Source: an uncultured Nitrososphaeraceae archaeon (GTDB lineage Archaea; Thermoproteota; Nitrososphaeria; Nitrososphaerales; Nitrososphaeraceae). Taken from it: DNA of 64,000 bases. A program made the position numbers and the translations under genes. Of the stretch, positions 39,281-50,896 are shown one piece after another. The DNA lies in the NCBI GenBank assembly GCA_963729045.1, contig CAVSMN010000012.1:339683-403682 (forward strand). Reading direction: 5' to 3'. Each line of letters begins with the position of its first letter. Position 1 is the stretch's first letter. Below the pieces are notes generated by a model. That model was given only the letters and a program-made list of their open reading frames with translations, was not told where the DNA came from and did not search any database.

Positions 39281-40079
39281 AATCTGTGATTTTGTAATTC
39301 TTGTGTTGCTGGATTGTCTTGATAATCTCCTTCTTAACGTTAATCTTTAGATTCAATGATGAAAGTTCTTTCATAAATATTACTTCGTCCTTCAAAAGAT
39401 ACTGTCCATCCTTGAATATCTGATTATAAATCAACTTTTGATGAATGGATTGTAGCTTCCTTAAATTATTATACAATTTGGTAACATTGATTTGACATTC
39501 TGCTTTTTCCAGCGTTCGGATCAGATTCATCTTGTTTACGTTTAACAAGCTGTCTGAATACACTCGGTCGTGTCTATTTATTACCGCGAATCCATCAGTT
39601 TCACTAAAATATCCTATCAAGGTCGAAGGTAATATTCTTGATAACCCGTTTTTTATTATTTTTGAAGAGTGTTTATTGTCTAATATTACTATAGAACGAC
39701 CAAATGAGAGGATTGCCTCAATTACTTGATTAGCTAGCCTCTCATCAAGTTTGTCTTTATCTGATTTAATTTCGATAGGATATAGAGTAATTTTTTCAAT
39801 ATTCATTTTGTAACTTTCTGATATTGTTTTTAGTAACGTTGACCTGGCAAAAATATTCTTTAAATCATCATCCATCTCAATTGTACTATTTTTAATATCC
39901 TTTTTTTTGATGTTTTTTGTTTTACATGCTGCCAATATTAAATCAAATTTTCTATTTAGAGCTTCATTTTTGATTTCAATATATTTTTCGTAGTGGTTTG
40001 AACTATTTCCAAAAAAGCCGTTTGTGGGATTTAGGTTTAGAAAATCCAGGAACCGATCTTTTAGTTGAATTTCATTCAT
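39270..40079 (-). CDS. Putative PD-(D/E)XK nuclease-fold protein (sce7726-like)
   Basis: 'NE...RKFDLI...PIEIKSDKDKLDERLANQ...F...VILD'. Confidence 0.5.
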   Translation of the reverse strand: MNEIQLKDRFLDFLNLNPTNGFFGNSSNHYEKYIEIKNEALNRKFDLILAACKTKNIKKKDIKNSTIEMDDDLKNIFARSTLLKTISESYKMNIEKITLYPIEIKSDKDKLDERLANQVIEAILSFGRSIVILDNKHSSKIIKNGLSRILPSTLIGYFSETDGFAVINRHDRVYSDSLLNVNKMNLIRTLEKAECQINVTKLYNNLRKLQSIHQKLIYNQIFKDGQYLLKDEVIFMKELSSLNLKINVKKEIIKTIQQHKNYKITDFTE

Positions 40080-40109
40080 GTTGTAAAGTTGCTATTCAAA
40101 ACATAACTT

Positions 40110-40940
40110 TCAATTTGGGACCTTGCAAACAGCCTTCAAACCTTTGACAAAAATGTCTAATTCTGACATCATCTTACTGCGATCGTGCTCATTTTTTGTA
40201 ATTATGTCGATTAAGGAGCTTCCTACAATAATGCCATCTGCTCCAGCCTCAATCATTCTCTGTCCATCTTTGGGAGTGCTAATCCCAAAGCCGACTGCTA
40301 AGTGTTTCCTATATGAAGAAACAATGGCTTTCGAACGGGATATAGATTCGAAGGTATATTTTTCAAATTTATTTCTCGATCCGGTGATTCCAAAAACCGA
40401 TACCATATAGACAAAACCAGTAGATAGGGCGGATATCTTCCTTAATCTCTTGGTACTTGTGTTAGGGGAGATCAGGAAAACAGTTGTAAGGCCCAATTTG
40501 TTTGTTATTCTTAAATAATCATCAGCTTCTTCAAAATTCAAATCTGGTACTATGAAACCATCTATCTCACAGTTTTTAGACTGGATTAAGAATTTTTCTA
40601 ATTCATTAGAATAAAGTATATTTGAATATGTCATTAATAGCAGCGGAGTTTCTTTATGTCTTTGCTTAATTGATTTTACCAAATTTAAGCAGTCTTTTGG
40701 AGCAATCCCAGAATTGAGAGTCTTCAAGAACGCATCTTGAATAATAGGACCATCTGCCATCGGATCAGAAAAGGGGACTCCTATTTCAATAATATCAACT
40801 CCAGAGTGGATCAATTGTTCGATTATCTCTCTAGAAAGTTCCAGTGTAGGATATCCTCCGACAACATAACCAATCAATGCCTTTTCATTCTTTTGTATTA
40901 AATCATTGAAAGTTCGAGTAATTTTATTTTCAATTTTCAA
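40110..40940 (-). CDS. trpA: Tryptophan synthase alpha chain
   Basis: '[18 protein letters not shown]', 'AVGFGIS', 'ADGIIVGS'. Confidence 0.97.
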   Translation of the reverse strand: MKIENKITRTFNDLIQKNEKALIGYVVGGYPTLELSREIIEQLIHSGVDIIEIGVPFSDPMADGPIIQDAFLKTLNSGIAPKDCLNLVKSIKQRHKETPLLLMTYSNILYSNELEKFLIQSKNCEIDGFIVPDLNFEEADDYLRITNKLGLTTVFLISPNTSTKRLRKISALSTGFVYMVSVFGITGSRNKFEKYTFESISRSKAIVSSYRKHLAVGFGISTPKDGQRMIEAGADGIIVGSSLIDIITKNEHDRSKMMSELDIFVKGLKAVCKVPN

Positions 40941-42172
40941 GTACGACCAATTCCTTTTGATTGGGTGTTCTTTTGAACACCTTCTTCTGAGATGGAGAGA
41001 TAATCCCTTACTATTTGCAAATCTTTGTCACCTCTACCGGATACGGTTATTACAACATTTTCATCCTTCTTGAAATTCTTAGCATTTTTCATGATATACG
41101 CAATGGCGTGCGCCGACTCCAATGCAGGAATTATTCCTTCAAGTTTTGACAATAGTACAAAGGCTTTAACCGCTTCTTTGTCAGTTACGGAAGGATAAGT
41201 GGCCCGATCAGTATCCATTAAATTTGCATGCTCAGGTCCGATTCCAGGATAATCAAGTCCAGCAGAAATGCTGTGTGCCTCGCTTATTTGTCCATTTTCG
41301 TCCTGTAAAAAATAACTTTTCATTCCATGGAAGATCCCCATTCTTCCCTTTGACAATGTGGCAGCATGGAACCGAGTTCGAATTCCCTGTCCTCCAGCTT
41401 CTACTCCTATCAGTTTAACTTTCTTATCATTAACAAAAGGGTAAAATGATCCAATAGCGTTACTCCCGCCACCAACACATGCTATTACCGCATCAGGCAA
41501 TTTTCCAGTTAGTTTTTGTATTTGTTCCTTTATCTCCTTACCTATCACACTTTGGAAATCTCTTACCATTGTAGGGAATGGATGAGGGCCCATAACAGAA
41601 CCAATTAAATAATGTGTATCGCGTACATTCGCAATCCAATCTCTCAGTGCTTCATTTATAGCATCCTTCAGTGTTTTTGACCCAGAATGTACCGAGTGCA
41701 CTTTTGAATTCAATAAATTCATCCTGAAAACATTGAGTTGCTGTCTTTCTACATCCTTTGCGCCCATATAAATTTCTGATTTGAGATTGAAAACTGCTGA
41801 TGCTATTGATGTTGCCACTCCATGTTGCCCAGCACCTGTTTCGGCAATTATTCTGGTCTTGCCCATTTTTTTAGCAATTAAAGCCTGTCCTAAAGTATTG
41901 TTTATCTTATGAGCTCCACTATGGAGGAGATCTTCTCTTTTTAAATAAATTCTTGGGCCTCCAAGTTGATTAGTCAAATTATTAGCATAATAGAGCGGAG
42001 TTGACCTGCCCGCAAAGTTTATCAATAAACCGTTTAGTTCGCGTTGAAAAGACTTGTCTACTTTCAATCTCTGGTACCATTTGTCCAGATCTTCTAAGGC
42101 TGGAATCAATGTCTCTGGAACATATCTTCCTCCATATGTTCCAAATTTTCCTAAATCAGTGTTATTTTTCAA
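40937..42172 (-). CDS. trpB: Tryptophan synthase beta chain (TrpB1)
   Basis: '[16 protein letters not shown]', 'AETGAGQHG', 'CVGGGSNA', 'SAGLDYPG'. Confidence 0.98.
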   Translation of the reverse strand: MKNNTDLGKFGTYGGRYVPETLIPALEDLDKWYQRLKVDKSFQRELNGLLINFAGRSTPLYYANNLTNQLGGPRIYLKREDLLHSGAHKINNTLGQALIAKKMGKTRIIAETGAGQHGVATSIASAVFNLKSEIYMGAKDVERQQLNVFRMNLLNSKVHSVHSGSKTLKDAINEALRDWIANVRDTHYLIGSVMGPHPFPTMVRDFQSVIGKEIKEQIQKLTGKLPDAVIACVGGGSNAIGSFYPFVNDKKVKLIGVEAGGQGIRTRFHAATLSKGRMGIFHGMKSYFLQDENGQISEAHSISAGLDYPGIGPEHANLMDTDRATYPSVTDKEAVKAFVLLSKLEGIIPALESAHAIAYIMKNAKNFKKDENVVITVSGRGDKDLQIVRDYLSISEEGVQKNTQSKGIGRT

Positions 42173-42224
42173 ATATATAGAAATGGAATTAGTCAGTTGC
42201 TACATAATACTTTATCGATTAGAA

Positions 42225-43067
42225 CTAGCTCTCGACTAATTCTCTTATTTTTTGGCCCATCTCTTTAGATTTCTCCATTAAAGTTGTCCCAATCAAAAAT
42301 GCATCTGCTCCTGCACTCTTTAGCTTTATGATATCCTTTGGGCCCTTTATACCACTTTCTGAAATCACAATATTGTTACTTTTGGAATTTTCGGATAATA
42401 TCCGAACTGTCGTGTCCAAATCTACTTCTAGTGTACTCAAGTTCCTGTTATTGATACCAATTAGGTTAAAGGGTTTTTTTGATTTACTATTACTCTTTAC
42501 AGCCTCACTAAACTCAATTTCATCATGAGTCTCTAAGATCACTTCCAGACCGATTTTCTTTGCATACTCGGCCAATGTCTCTAGGCTTCCCTCAGTCAAG
42601 TTGCTGTCAAAGACTGTTTTTATTAGCAATATGGAATCGGCCCCGGCTTTTTTTGCAGCTTTGATTTGAACGTCACTTACCACTATGTCTTTCATCAGAA
42701 TTGGTACAGTAACATGCTTCCTTGCTCTCAAAATATTGCCTATTGATCCATTAAACAAGTATGGTTGAGCTAAAATCGATATACCGATAGCTCCAGCATT
42801 TTCCATTGTCGTAGCGATTTCCTCGACATTCATATCATTATAGTCTACTAATGTTCCCTTTGACGGGGATGCATACTTTATCTCGGTTAGGAGTGGATTC
42901 TGCTTGCATTTAAGAATGTTATTCTGCATGCTCAAACAAGTATGATTGCTATATTCGCGGTCTCCATTAATTTCGTACATTCCATCGTCAATAGCTTTAA
43001 AAGAATTCTTCACGAGTGTTTTTAGCATGGATTTCGTGCTGGGAAATCTAAGATTATTTGTTGTCAT
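42225..43067 (-). CDS. trpC: Indole-3-glycerol-phosphate synthase
   Basis: 'EIKYASPSKG', 'PILMKD', 'GINNRNL', 'ISESGI'. Confidence 0.95.
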   Translation of the reverse strand: MTTNNLRFPSTKSMLKTLVKNSFKAIDDGMYEINGDREYSNHTCLSMQNNILKCKQNPLLTEIKYASPSKGTLVDYNDMNVEEIATTMENAGAIGISILAQPYLFNGSIGNILRARKHVTVPILMKDIVVSDVQIKAAKKAGADSILLIKTVFDSNLTEGSLETLAEYAKKIGLEVILETHDEIEFSEAVKSNSKSKKPFNLIGINNRNLSTLEVDLDTTVRILSENSKSNNIVISESGIKGPKDIIKLKSAGADAFLIGTTLMEKSKEMGQKIRELVES

Positions 43068-43110
43068 ATTGGTGGGTTAAATTAATGTGGTAGAAATGGT
43101 TTACAACCTT

Positions 43111-43521
43111 TTAACTATAGAAATTGATATATCTATCTTTTATTTTAGTCTCTTTCTGATTCTTCATCACACCAATCAAAATATCAATGCAGGTATTTTC
43201 AGTAATTTCACCAAATGCAACTTGAGTGGAGAGGGTTTTCAAATCAAGGTGACTTTCGATAAATGCACTCTTACTTGATAATATTTCAGATTTTTGTATC
43301 ATTTTTTTCAATCTCAAACTGTGATAGTTTATGTGAATTTCGTTTGCTTCTTCATAGTCTACACCATACATATCTGAAATTTTTAAGTTGAGGTTTTTTT
43401 CCTTCTCTTTGACTATATCCTCATGTAAAGCATCTAAGGCACTCTTCCCTTTAAATGGGCTCCCTATTATCAATATCATTTTTGTCATTATCTTTGCCAA
43501 AGACATTGTCATTATTTTCAA
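43111..43521 (-). CDS. Hypothetical protein
   Basis: 136-aa ORF; start uncertain. Confidence 0.45.
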   Translation of the reverse strand: MKIMTMSLAKIMTKMILIIGSPFKGKSALDALHEDIVKEKEKNLNLKISDMYGVDYEEANEIHINYHSLRLKKMIQKSEILSSKSAFIESHLDLKTLSTQVAFGEITENTCIDILIGVMKNQKETKIKDRYINFYS

Positions 43522-43658
43522 AAGAATTCATGATGATATACTTATTATATGTGGGATACCATAATAAAACTTTTCATCTTAGTAACATTAATTTTCGCTA
43601 AAATAATAATAAACACTTAATTAACATTGATTCAATCTACATTTTCTATAAAGCAATT

Positions 43659-45301
43659 ATGACCAATTCTCCAAAATTTATATTTGTAACTGGGGGAGTA
43701 ATGTCTGGCTTAGGGAAAGGAATCGTAGCTTCATCTATCGCCAAATTATTACAACTTTGTGGGTTGAAAGTAACTTGCATAAAAATAGATCCTTATTTGA
43801 ATTATGATGCAGGAACAATGAATCCCCTCACTCACGGTGAGGTGTTTGTTACTGATGATGGGGGTGAATGTGACATGGACATTGGAAACTACGAGCGTTT
43901 TCTAAATACTAGTTTAAAATCAGGCCACAATTTGACTGCGGGGCGAATTTTTTCAAATGTGATAGGATTAGAAAGGCAAGGAAAATACCTTGGCCAGTGT
44001 GTACAAATAATACCACACATAACGGATGAAATAAAAAAACAGTTGAGAAAGATATCCACAGAAGAGAATCTAGAAATTATTGGTCGTAGAATGTGGGGGA
44101 ACGGTTGGAGATATTGAAAGCTTACCTTTTTTGGAAGCATTAAGACAGATGGAGTTGGAAGACGGGTATACAAATACTTTCTTTGTTCACGTAACTTTGG
44201 CCCCTGTTCTGGACGCTGTAGGAGAGCAAAAAACAAAGCCTACCCAACATAGCGTGCAGGAATTGCGCAGGATAGGCATACAACCTGACTTATTGGCAGT
44301 GAGATGTAGAACTCCATTAACCAAAGAAACGATTAGAAAAATTTCACTTTTTGCTAGTATTCCGACGGATTGTGTAATGTCTAGTCATGACGCACCTTCA
44401 ATTTATTCTGTTCCAAGAATATTGTATGATCAGGGGATTACGAAAGTAATTTCAAAGAGTTTGAATTTAGATTTAACCCCAAGAATTTTGAAATGGAATA
44501 AGATTGCCAACTCCTTCCTAAAATTCAATGGGAGTGTGAAAATAGCAATAATTGGAAAATACGTAGAATTGAAAGACAGCTATGTAAGCGTATCGCAGGC
44601 GGTACTACATGCTGGTGCTAAATTCGCCAAGGAAATAATAATAGATTGGATAGATTCTGAAAAATTGGAATTCTCTGGTTCTAACAAACATGGTACAAAT
44701 ACTAATTCAAAGATTCTTGAATGCTTAAGGGAATTTGATGGTATTTTGGTTCCCGGAGGATTCGGAAGTAGGGGTAGCGAAGGTATAATTAATTCATGCA
44801 ATTTTGCAAGGGTGAATGGTGTTCCTTTCTTAGGGATTTGTTTTGGCTTTCAACTGGCAATAGTTGAGTTTGCAAGAAATGTGTGTAAACTAACTGGTGC
44901 AAATTCAACAGAAATCAATCCAGAGACTAACAACCCAGTAGTTCTATATATGCCCGAACAAAAACAAATCAAAGCGATGGGAGGAACGATGAGATTAGGG
45001 CCTTCACAATATTCAAATTGAACCTGGTTCTATTGCTTCAAAAATATATCGAAAAAACATGGTTCAAAAGCGCCATAGACACAGGTATGAGTTTAATCAA
45101 AAGTATAGAGATCTGATTGAAAACAAAGGAATGAAATTTACTGGGTCATCAGATGCAGGAAAAAGGATTGAAATTTTAGAAATACCTAGTCATAAGTTCT
45201 TTCTAGGTATTCAGTATCATGGTGAATTTCATAGTCGACCAGGGTTTCCAGAACCTGCATTTGAAAATTTCATAAGAGCAACTCTTGAAAATAAGAAATA
45301 A
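43659..45301 (+). CDS. pyrG: CTP synthase (two apparent frameshifts)
   Basis: '[11 protein letters not shown]', 'GGTVGDIES', 'KTKPTQ', 'GICFG', 'RHRHRYE', 'QYHGEF'. Confidence 0.97.
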
Positions 45302-45321
45302 CTAAAAATCTTACTTAGATT

Positions 45322-46327
45322 CTAGATCTTTAATTCATAAATTTTTTGGCTGGCATCTCTGAGAGATATTTTCTTTTTTACATACCCTCTATTTAACAGG
45401 TGAGATAATGATAACCTAATTGTTCTCTCTGGTAACATTGTCTTATTAATTAAATCCTTTTGGGTCATGGCGCCTTCATACTCTAGTGTTTTTAGAATTA
45501 GTTTAGCACTTGGTGGCATACGTAAAAGATCTTCAGCGTACTTTACCTTTTTCTCTATTATTCTGGTGGCTGAATAATTGTTATTAAGCGTAACTAACCT
45601 AGCAGGAAATTCATGTTTGTTACATTGTAATTTATCTGTAATCTTTACACGGGATGTTCCATCCAATATTACCTCACAATGGTGACTTGATGTAATGTCT
45701 ACTATCTCTACAAAACTTTCATCTGAAACAATTAGAGGCCTTCTAGTATTGTCCAATGAGTTGACAGAAACCACTACAACAACATGTGAATTTTGGAGAA
45801 CAATTGGACCACCTGCTGACATAGCATATGCGGTGGAACCGATAGGCGTAGCAATAATTACTCCATCACTGTTATCATGCCAAATATCTTTATTGTTTAT
45901 CCTGAGAAAATGTTCCATCAGGATGGCACTTTTGTTTGAAAAAATTGCTACGTCATTGAGATACAGGCTCTATTTCTTTCCCATCAACCTTAACAGCTAG
46001 TCTTTCTTCCTCTCTTATTTCGTAATTACCGGACTTTAGTGATTCCTTTATCGAATCAATGCCTTTGACATCAATCTGGGCCAGAAAACCGGTAGAATTC
46101 GATTCATAAAGTCCCAAAACAGGAGCCGACTGCACCGATGTTTTGTGAAAATAATTAAGAATACCTCGGTCACCGCCAGGTACCAATACCATGTCAACAT
46201 CCTTAGCAATATCTTGATTTGAACTATTCATAATTTGTGTCTGTATGTGTGATTCTTCTAGTGTTTTTACCACTTGGCTTAACATCGTTGAATCTTTACC
46301 GGTAAATCCTGACAAAGCAATTCGCAT
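45322..46327 (-). CDS. NAD kinase with C-terminal winged HTH (frameshift near 45955)
   Basis: 'GGDRG', 'DGVIIATPIGSTAYAMSAGGP', C-terminal 'PPSAKLILKTLEYEG...LPERTIRLSL'. Confidence 0.85.
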
Positions 46328-46393
46328 TATAATGAATCTTTGTTTGATTAAGGTAATTTAATAAAGTTTGTTTTTATTTCCATTTTTATCTAT

Positions 46394-47305
46394 CTAATCA
46401 ACGACCTTAAAATTTATAGTATTATAGAAATAAGACGCAAACCTCTCAATCGAATTCATTCTTTCTGGAACTTTTTGAACTCCCTTCTTTTTTGATTCCA
46501 GCGAAGAAATCACAGATCCCGCTCCAAAACAAATCGCCCAAAGCGGGTCTCGTTCTTTTAAATAAGCGCATGTGAATCCAGTAGCAAGAATGTCACCAAG
46601 GCCCGTATGATCAGGGCTATCAATTTTTTTAAACTTAATTGTATATACAATATTCTTATGCAAAAAAATAATGCTATTACTACCAGTTGATATTACAAAT
46701 TCAAGACCAAATTTGTCTCGTAACTTTATCATTCCCTCAATTGAATTAGTTCCTCCGGTAAGAGCCGATAATTCCTCCGGGTCAGCTTTTATGGCCGTCA
46801 CTCCTTTAAGATCTAAATCAATACTTTTCCTGTTTAGGATTAACCCTTCATTGTTTTTATATCGTAGAAATCCTTGCGGATCAATCATTATGAATTTATC
46901 CCCGTAATTTTCCACCACTTTCCGGAGAGTGTCTTGAGAAATTTCTTCAAATATGGGACTCAATAAGAACGCATCACTATCCACAAAATCATTCGCATTA
47001 ATCTGCGAACAACTTGACAAGAGGAAAAGCTGACGTCCACTATCTCTATTCAAAATTAGTCTAAATTTTGTTGTAGGGTTTGACTTGTCAATTTGATTTT
47101 CAGTTACAAATATGTTGCAATCTCTCAGCAGTTGTAATTTTGGCACAATATCGTTTCCAACTCTAGTAGCAGCAAAAGTATTAAAGTTGAATGTTTTTGC
47201 TAATAGAGATCCATAGCAAACTGGTCCTCCCAGGCTTTCAGTCTTTTCACCCTCTAGATCTATAATCTCATCTAGGGCCACATGAGAAGCAATGCAGATT
47301 TTCAT
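46394..47305 (-). CDS. PfkB/ribokinase-family carbohydrate kinase
   Basis: 'SLGGPVCYG', 'IDPQGFLR', 'DHTGLGD'. Confidence 0.8.
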   Translation of the reverse strand: MKICIASHVALDEIIDLEGEKTESLGGPVCYGSLLAKTFNFNTFAATRVGNDIVPKLQLLRDCNIFVTENQIDKSNPTTKFRLILNRDSGRQLFLLSSCSQINANDFVDSDAFLLSPIFEEISQDTLRKVVENYGDKFIMIDPQGFLRYKNNEGLILNRKSIDLDLKGVTAIKADPEELSALTGGTNSIEGMIKLRDKFGLEFVISTGSNSIIFLHKNIVYTIKFKKIDSPDHTGLGDILATGFTCAYLKERDPLWAICFGAGSVISSLESKKKGVQKVPERMNSIERFASYFYNTINFKVVD

Positions 47306-47395
47306 GAACTTTATCTTTCTTACTTCAAAATTTTAAAGCAACATAATAAGGTTATCATAAGATTTAAAGGATAGGAATAGTTTCAAAATTAATGG

Positions 47396-47683
47396 ATGCC
47401 TAAGAAAAGAACCAGCAGGGGAAGAACTAAAGGTGGAAAAGGAAGTTCAGGAACCGTTCATTGCAGTCAATGCGGTGCGATGGTGCCCAGAGATAAAGCA
47501 AAGAAAATTACAGGAAGAATCACCCTGGTAGAGCCTCAGTTAGCAAAAGAATTGAAAGCACAAGGTGCTTATATTGCCCCTTCAACAGATGTCAAATTTT
47601 ATTGTGTTTCCTGCGCAGTACACCGAGGTATAGTAAAAGTAAGATCGGAAAACGATAGACGAAACTCAGGAAAATTAGGCTAG
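47396..47683 (+). CDS. rps26e: 30S ribosomal protein S26e
   Basis: 'MPKKRTSRGR...CSQCG...VPRDKA...YCVSCAVH...VKVRS'. Confidence 0.97.
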   Translation: MPKKRTSRGRTKGGKGSSGTVHCSQCGAMVPRDKAKKITGRITLVEPQLAKELKAQGAYIAPSTDVKFYCVSCAVHRGIVKVRSENDRRNSGKLG

Positions 47684-47806
47684 ATAATTTTTTTAAGACT
47701 ATAAAGTCTTATTTGTATATATTTTTATGAAGAATATTTACCAATTAAGCAAGTTTCATTGCTTAGGTAATATTACTTGATTTTTTAAAATAAAAAAATT
47801 TTGTTT

Positions 47807-49052
47807 TTATTGGCTATTTTCAGGTTTCTTATCGTCTTGAGTAGATGACTTTGTAGTTTCGTTTTTGCCACTATCAGTATCACTAGATGAGCTGGATGCT
47901 GTATCGTTTTTGCCACTATCAGTTTCACTGGATGAGCTGGATGCTGTATCGTTTTTGCCACTATCCGTAATTTTCTTTGTAAATTTCTTATAAATCTCAT
48001 CCTCACCTTCTTGCTCAAGACCAAAAATAATATCAGCAAGATTTCTTCCTGTTTCGTTTGGATCAGTCTGATCTAAATATTGAGCTTTTGTAGTTGTTGA
48101 TGATGATGGTGGTGGTGGTGGTGGAGATTTTGTAGTTGTTGATGATGGTGGTGGTGGAGGTGGTTGTAGTTGTTGATGATGGTGGTGGTGGTGGTGATGT
48201 TGTAGTTGTTGATGATGGTGGTGGTGGAGGTGATGTTGTCGTCGTTGTTGTGGTTGATGATGATTTGGAAGTTTTGTCTGGGGTTGTCATTTTCTTATTA
48301 TCGGGTTTTTCTAAATAATCATTAACATTCTTGGTGATTTTTGATAATGATGTTGGTGGTTCATTAATTCTGGATGTAATAGTACCCGATGAAGCCTCAT
48401 ATTCATGGTTTCTGCTGGACATATCTTTGAATGTTTGAGCTGAAAACAGAGGTGTCCCGAACTTTGTAGAGACTATTTTTAATCTCTCAAGTACAGTTAC
48501 AGCTGCTAAGATTGAAATAATCCATAGGGCTACAGATATGTTTTCTTGGAACGGTATAAAACCAAGAATCACAATGATGATTATTCTTTCGGCTCTTTCT
48601 GCAATGCCTTTTCCTTTTAGGTCTACGCCTAACCCTTCACCTCGGGCTCTTGTATAGCTAACTAACAATGAAAGCGAAAGAGCAACTAGAACAAGTACTG
48701 GGTTTGTAAAACTGCCTATAAGGATACCTGTAAATATGATTATTTCAGATACTTTGTCCAAGACTGAATCAAGATATCCACCCAATGCCGATGTTCTCTT
48801 TGTTACGCGGGCAACCGCTCCGTCTACGACATCAAAGAAGCCTGCTAAAAGTAGGAATAAACTACCTAAGAATGTAGCAGTATACCAATCCACTCCAATC
48901 GCAGGTGAATGTAAAGAAAACATAATAGCTGATATTATTGAAAGACCTAAACCTACCCATGTCCAGAAGCTCGGTCCAAAACCTAAACTTGCAAATCCTC
49001 TCCCTACCTTCTCAATTATAGGATCAAATCTATTTCTTAAGTTGTTAAGCAC
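47807..49052 (-). CDS. CDP-alcohol phosphatidyltransferase (archaetidylinositol-phosphate synthase-like) with long low-complexity C-terminal tail; frameshift in the repeat at ~48155
   Basis: 'DVVDGAVAR...GGYLDSVLDK' signature; tail TTTTSPPPPPSS repeats; shifted frame continues ...KAQYLDQTDPNETGRNLADIIFG...DSGKNDTASSSSS...PENSQ* (stop at 47807). Confidence 0.85.
47859..47964. repeat. 45-bp tandem coding repeat (~2.4 copies) encoding DSGKNDTASSSSS(E/D)T
   Basis: tcgtttttgccactatc occurs three times at 45-bp spacing. Confidence 0.85.
48088..48265. repeat. Low-complexity ggt/gtt/gat coding repeats (Thr/Ser/Pro tracts)
   Basis: Repeated tgtagttgttgatgatggtggtggtgg units. Confidence 0.85.
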
Positions 49053-49232
49053 GTAATAATTTGACCCGTGTCGTAATATATAACCTTTTACTATTTTATA
49101 TTTCGGCGTATATTCTACCCTTCTAATTTCTATTGATTCCAGAATTTAAATAATATAATATTATTGAGAAATTTATTTCGTGCTGAATGTATCTTAATTC
49201 TTTAATAATTTATGATTTGACTATGACTATAT

Positions 49233-50198
49233 TTGTCCAACGAAAATAAGTCAAAAAATTTATCGTTTACGCGCAACAAAGTAGTTATCATAGGACTTGG
49301 CCAACTTGGTCTTCCAGTTGCAAAATATGTTAAAGAACATGGTTTTGATACTTATGGATATGATATAAATCAAAAAACCATGCAATCAGCTGAAGCCAAC
49401 TATGGAATAAAGCAAGCATCCAACTTTGGTGATTTTGACGTACTAATTATCTGTGTATCTACACATAGACCAGATGATATGTTTACACCACAAGTAGATG
49501 GTTTGATGTCTGTTGTTGAAAAGATATCTAGAGAAGCTAAAACAGGCGCACTAATATCAATTGAAAGCACTATACCAAAAGGTACATCTAAAAAAGTATT
49601 TGAAAAAGTAGACCATAGACTACACGTTGTACATGCACCACATAGATGGTATGCATTAGAAGAAGAAGTTCACGGTGTTAATCAATTACGTATTGTAGGA
49701 GGTGTAAGCAACTGCTGCTTGCAACACGGTCTTAACTTTTATGATGGACGGGAGGTAGTACCCCAGACAACAGAAACAACAAAAGCTGCATCATCAGCTG
49801 GGATAAAAACTCTATCAATTCCAATGCATCCAGTATCGTCAGTTGAAGTAGCAGAACTAACAAAAATAGTAGAAAATGCTCATAGATATCTTCAAATAGC
49901 ATTTGCAGAAGAGCTTTACCTCTATTGCAAGTCTAACAGTATCAGTTTTTCTGAATTACGTGAATCACTCAATACAAAATGGAATGTAGAAGTTCTAGAA
50001 CCTAGGGATGGAATAGGAGGTCACTGTCTTCCCAAAGATACAAGGATGTTTATCAATTCATCTAACACAATAAGAAGCAAAATACTTCAAGCAGCCATGG
50101 AGATTGATGAGGACTATAGAGAATATTTCCAGAATGCTAAGGAACTTAATAAATCCTGTGAAGAAAAAGACTGTGAAATCATAAAAGCCCTAAGATGA
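49233..50198 (+). CDS. NDP-sugar dehydrogenase family protein (short form)
   Basis: 'IGLGQLGLP', 'IESTIP', 'AELTKIVENAHR', 'GIGGHCLPKD'; appears to lack the usual C-terminal domain. Confidence 0.85.
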   Translation: MSNENKSKNLSFTRNKVVIIGLGQLGLPVAKYVKEHGFDTYGYDINQKTMQSAEANYGIKQASNFGDFDVLIICVSTHRPDDMFTPQVDGLMSVVEKISREAKTGALISIESTIPKGTSKKVFEKVDHRLHVVHAPHRWYALEEEVHGVNQLRIVGGVSNCCLQHGLNFYDGREVVPQTTETTKAASSAGIKTLSIPMHPVSSVEVAELTKIVENAHRYLQIAFAEELYLYCKSNSISFSELRESLNTKWNVEVLEPRDGIGGHCLPKDTRMFINSSNTIRSKILQAAMEIDEDYREYFQNAKELNKSCEEKDCEIIKALR

Positions 50199-50206
50199 AT
50201 TAACTA

Positions 50207-50851
50207 ATGTCAAATGATGCAAAAAGTGAAAATATTCTAGTTTTTGGTGCTCATCCTGATGATTTGGAAATAGGTATGGGAGGAACCGTAGCAAAGCTAT
50301 CTAGACTCGGTTATAAGGTGAAATTAGTAGTTGCCACTTTACCTAATTTTACTCAGAGTGATAAAAAAGACGAGAGGAGAATGGAAGCAGTAAGATCCTC
50401 AAAGGTAATGGGATGTCCTGAGCCAGACTTCCTAGACCTTCCTCCAGGAGAGATGACTCATAGCAGGAAACTAATTGGAATAATGGACAAGTACATGGTT
50501 GATTATAAACCCGTAGCAGTATTTACTCAATGGATAGGCGATTCACATCAAGACCACCAAGCACTTACCAAATCTGTCATTTCAGGAAGCAGAGATACTA
50601 CCGACTTGTATATGTATGAAACAACAATCCCAGGAGGGATCACAGAACAAGCATTTAGACCACAGTTATTCATAGATGTATCTGACTATATGGAACCAAA
50701 AAAATCAGCTCTAAAGTGCTTTGAATCTCAACAACTAAGATGTGGTCCGATTTGGATCGATGCAATAGAAGGTCGAGCTGCGTTCAGGGGATACCAACTA
50801 AATTGCAAGTACGCTGAAGCCTTTGAAGTAATCCGAATTTCAAAGTGGTAA
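50207..50851 (+). CDS. PIG-L / LmbE-family de-N-acetylase (BshB1-like)
   Basis: 'AHPDDLEIGMGGT', 'DSHQDH', 'YAEAF'. Confidence 0.9.
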   Translation: MSNDAKSENILVFGAHPDDLEIGMGGTVAKLSRLGYKVKLVVATLPNFTQSDKKDERRMEAVRSSKVMGCPEPDFLDLPPGEMTHSRKLIGIMDKYMVDYKPVAVFTQWIGDSHQDHQALTKSVISGSRDTTDLYMYETTIPGGITEQAFRPQLFIDVSDYMEPKKSALKCFESQQLRCGPIWIDAIEGRAAFRGYQLNCKYAEAFEVIRISKW

Positions 50852-50896
50852 TTTTTTACAATTTTTAAAAACTGTTTATAAATATTAGTAATGCTG

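Noticed and set aside
33126..46327. Split polB, speB, thrS, pyrG and NAD kinase (also uvsE, ATP-grasp, BshC-like, PHP) as pseudogenes or programmed frameshifts
   Set aside because: Indels are scattered through essential genes whose motifs are otherwise intact, with no shared slippery motif; best explained by long-read/assembly errors
47859..47964. Three tcgtttttgccactatc repeats with 28-bp gaps as a mini-CRISPR
   Set aside because: The gaps are near-identical to each other and the 45-bp period is in frame with a protein tail
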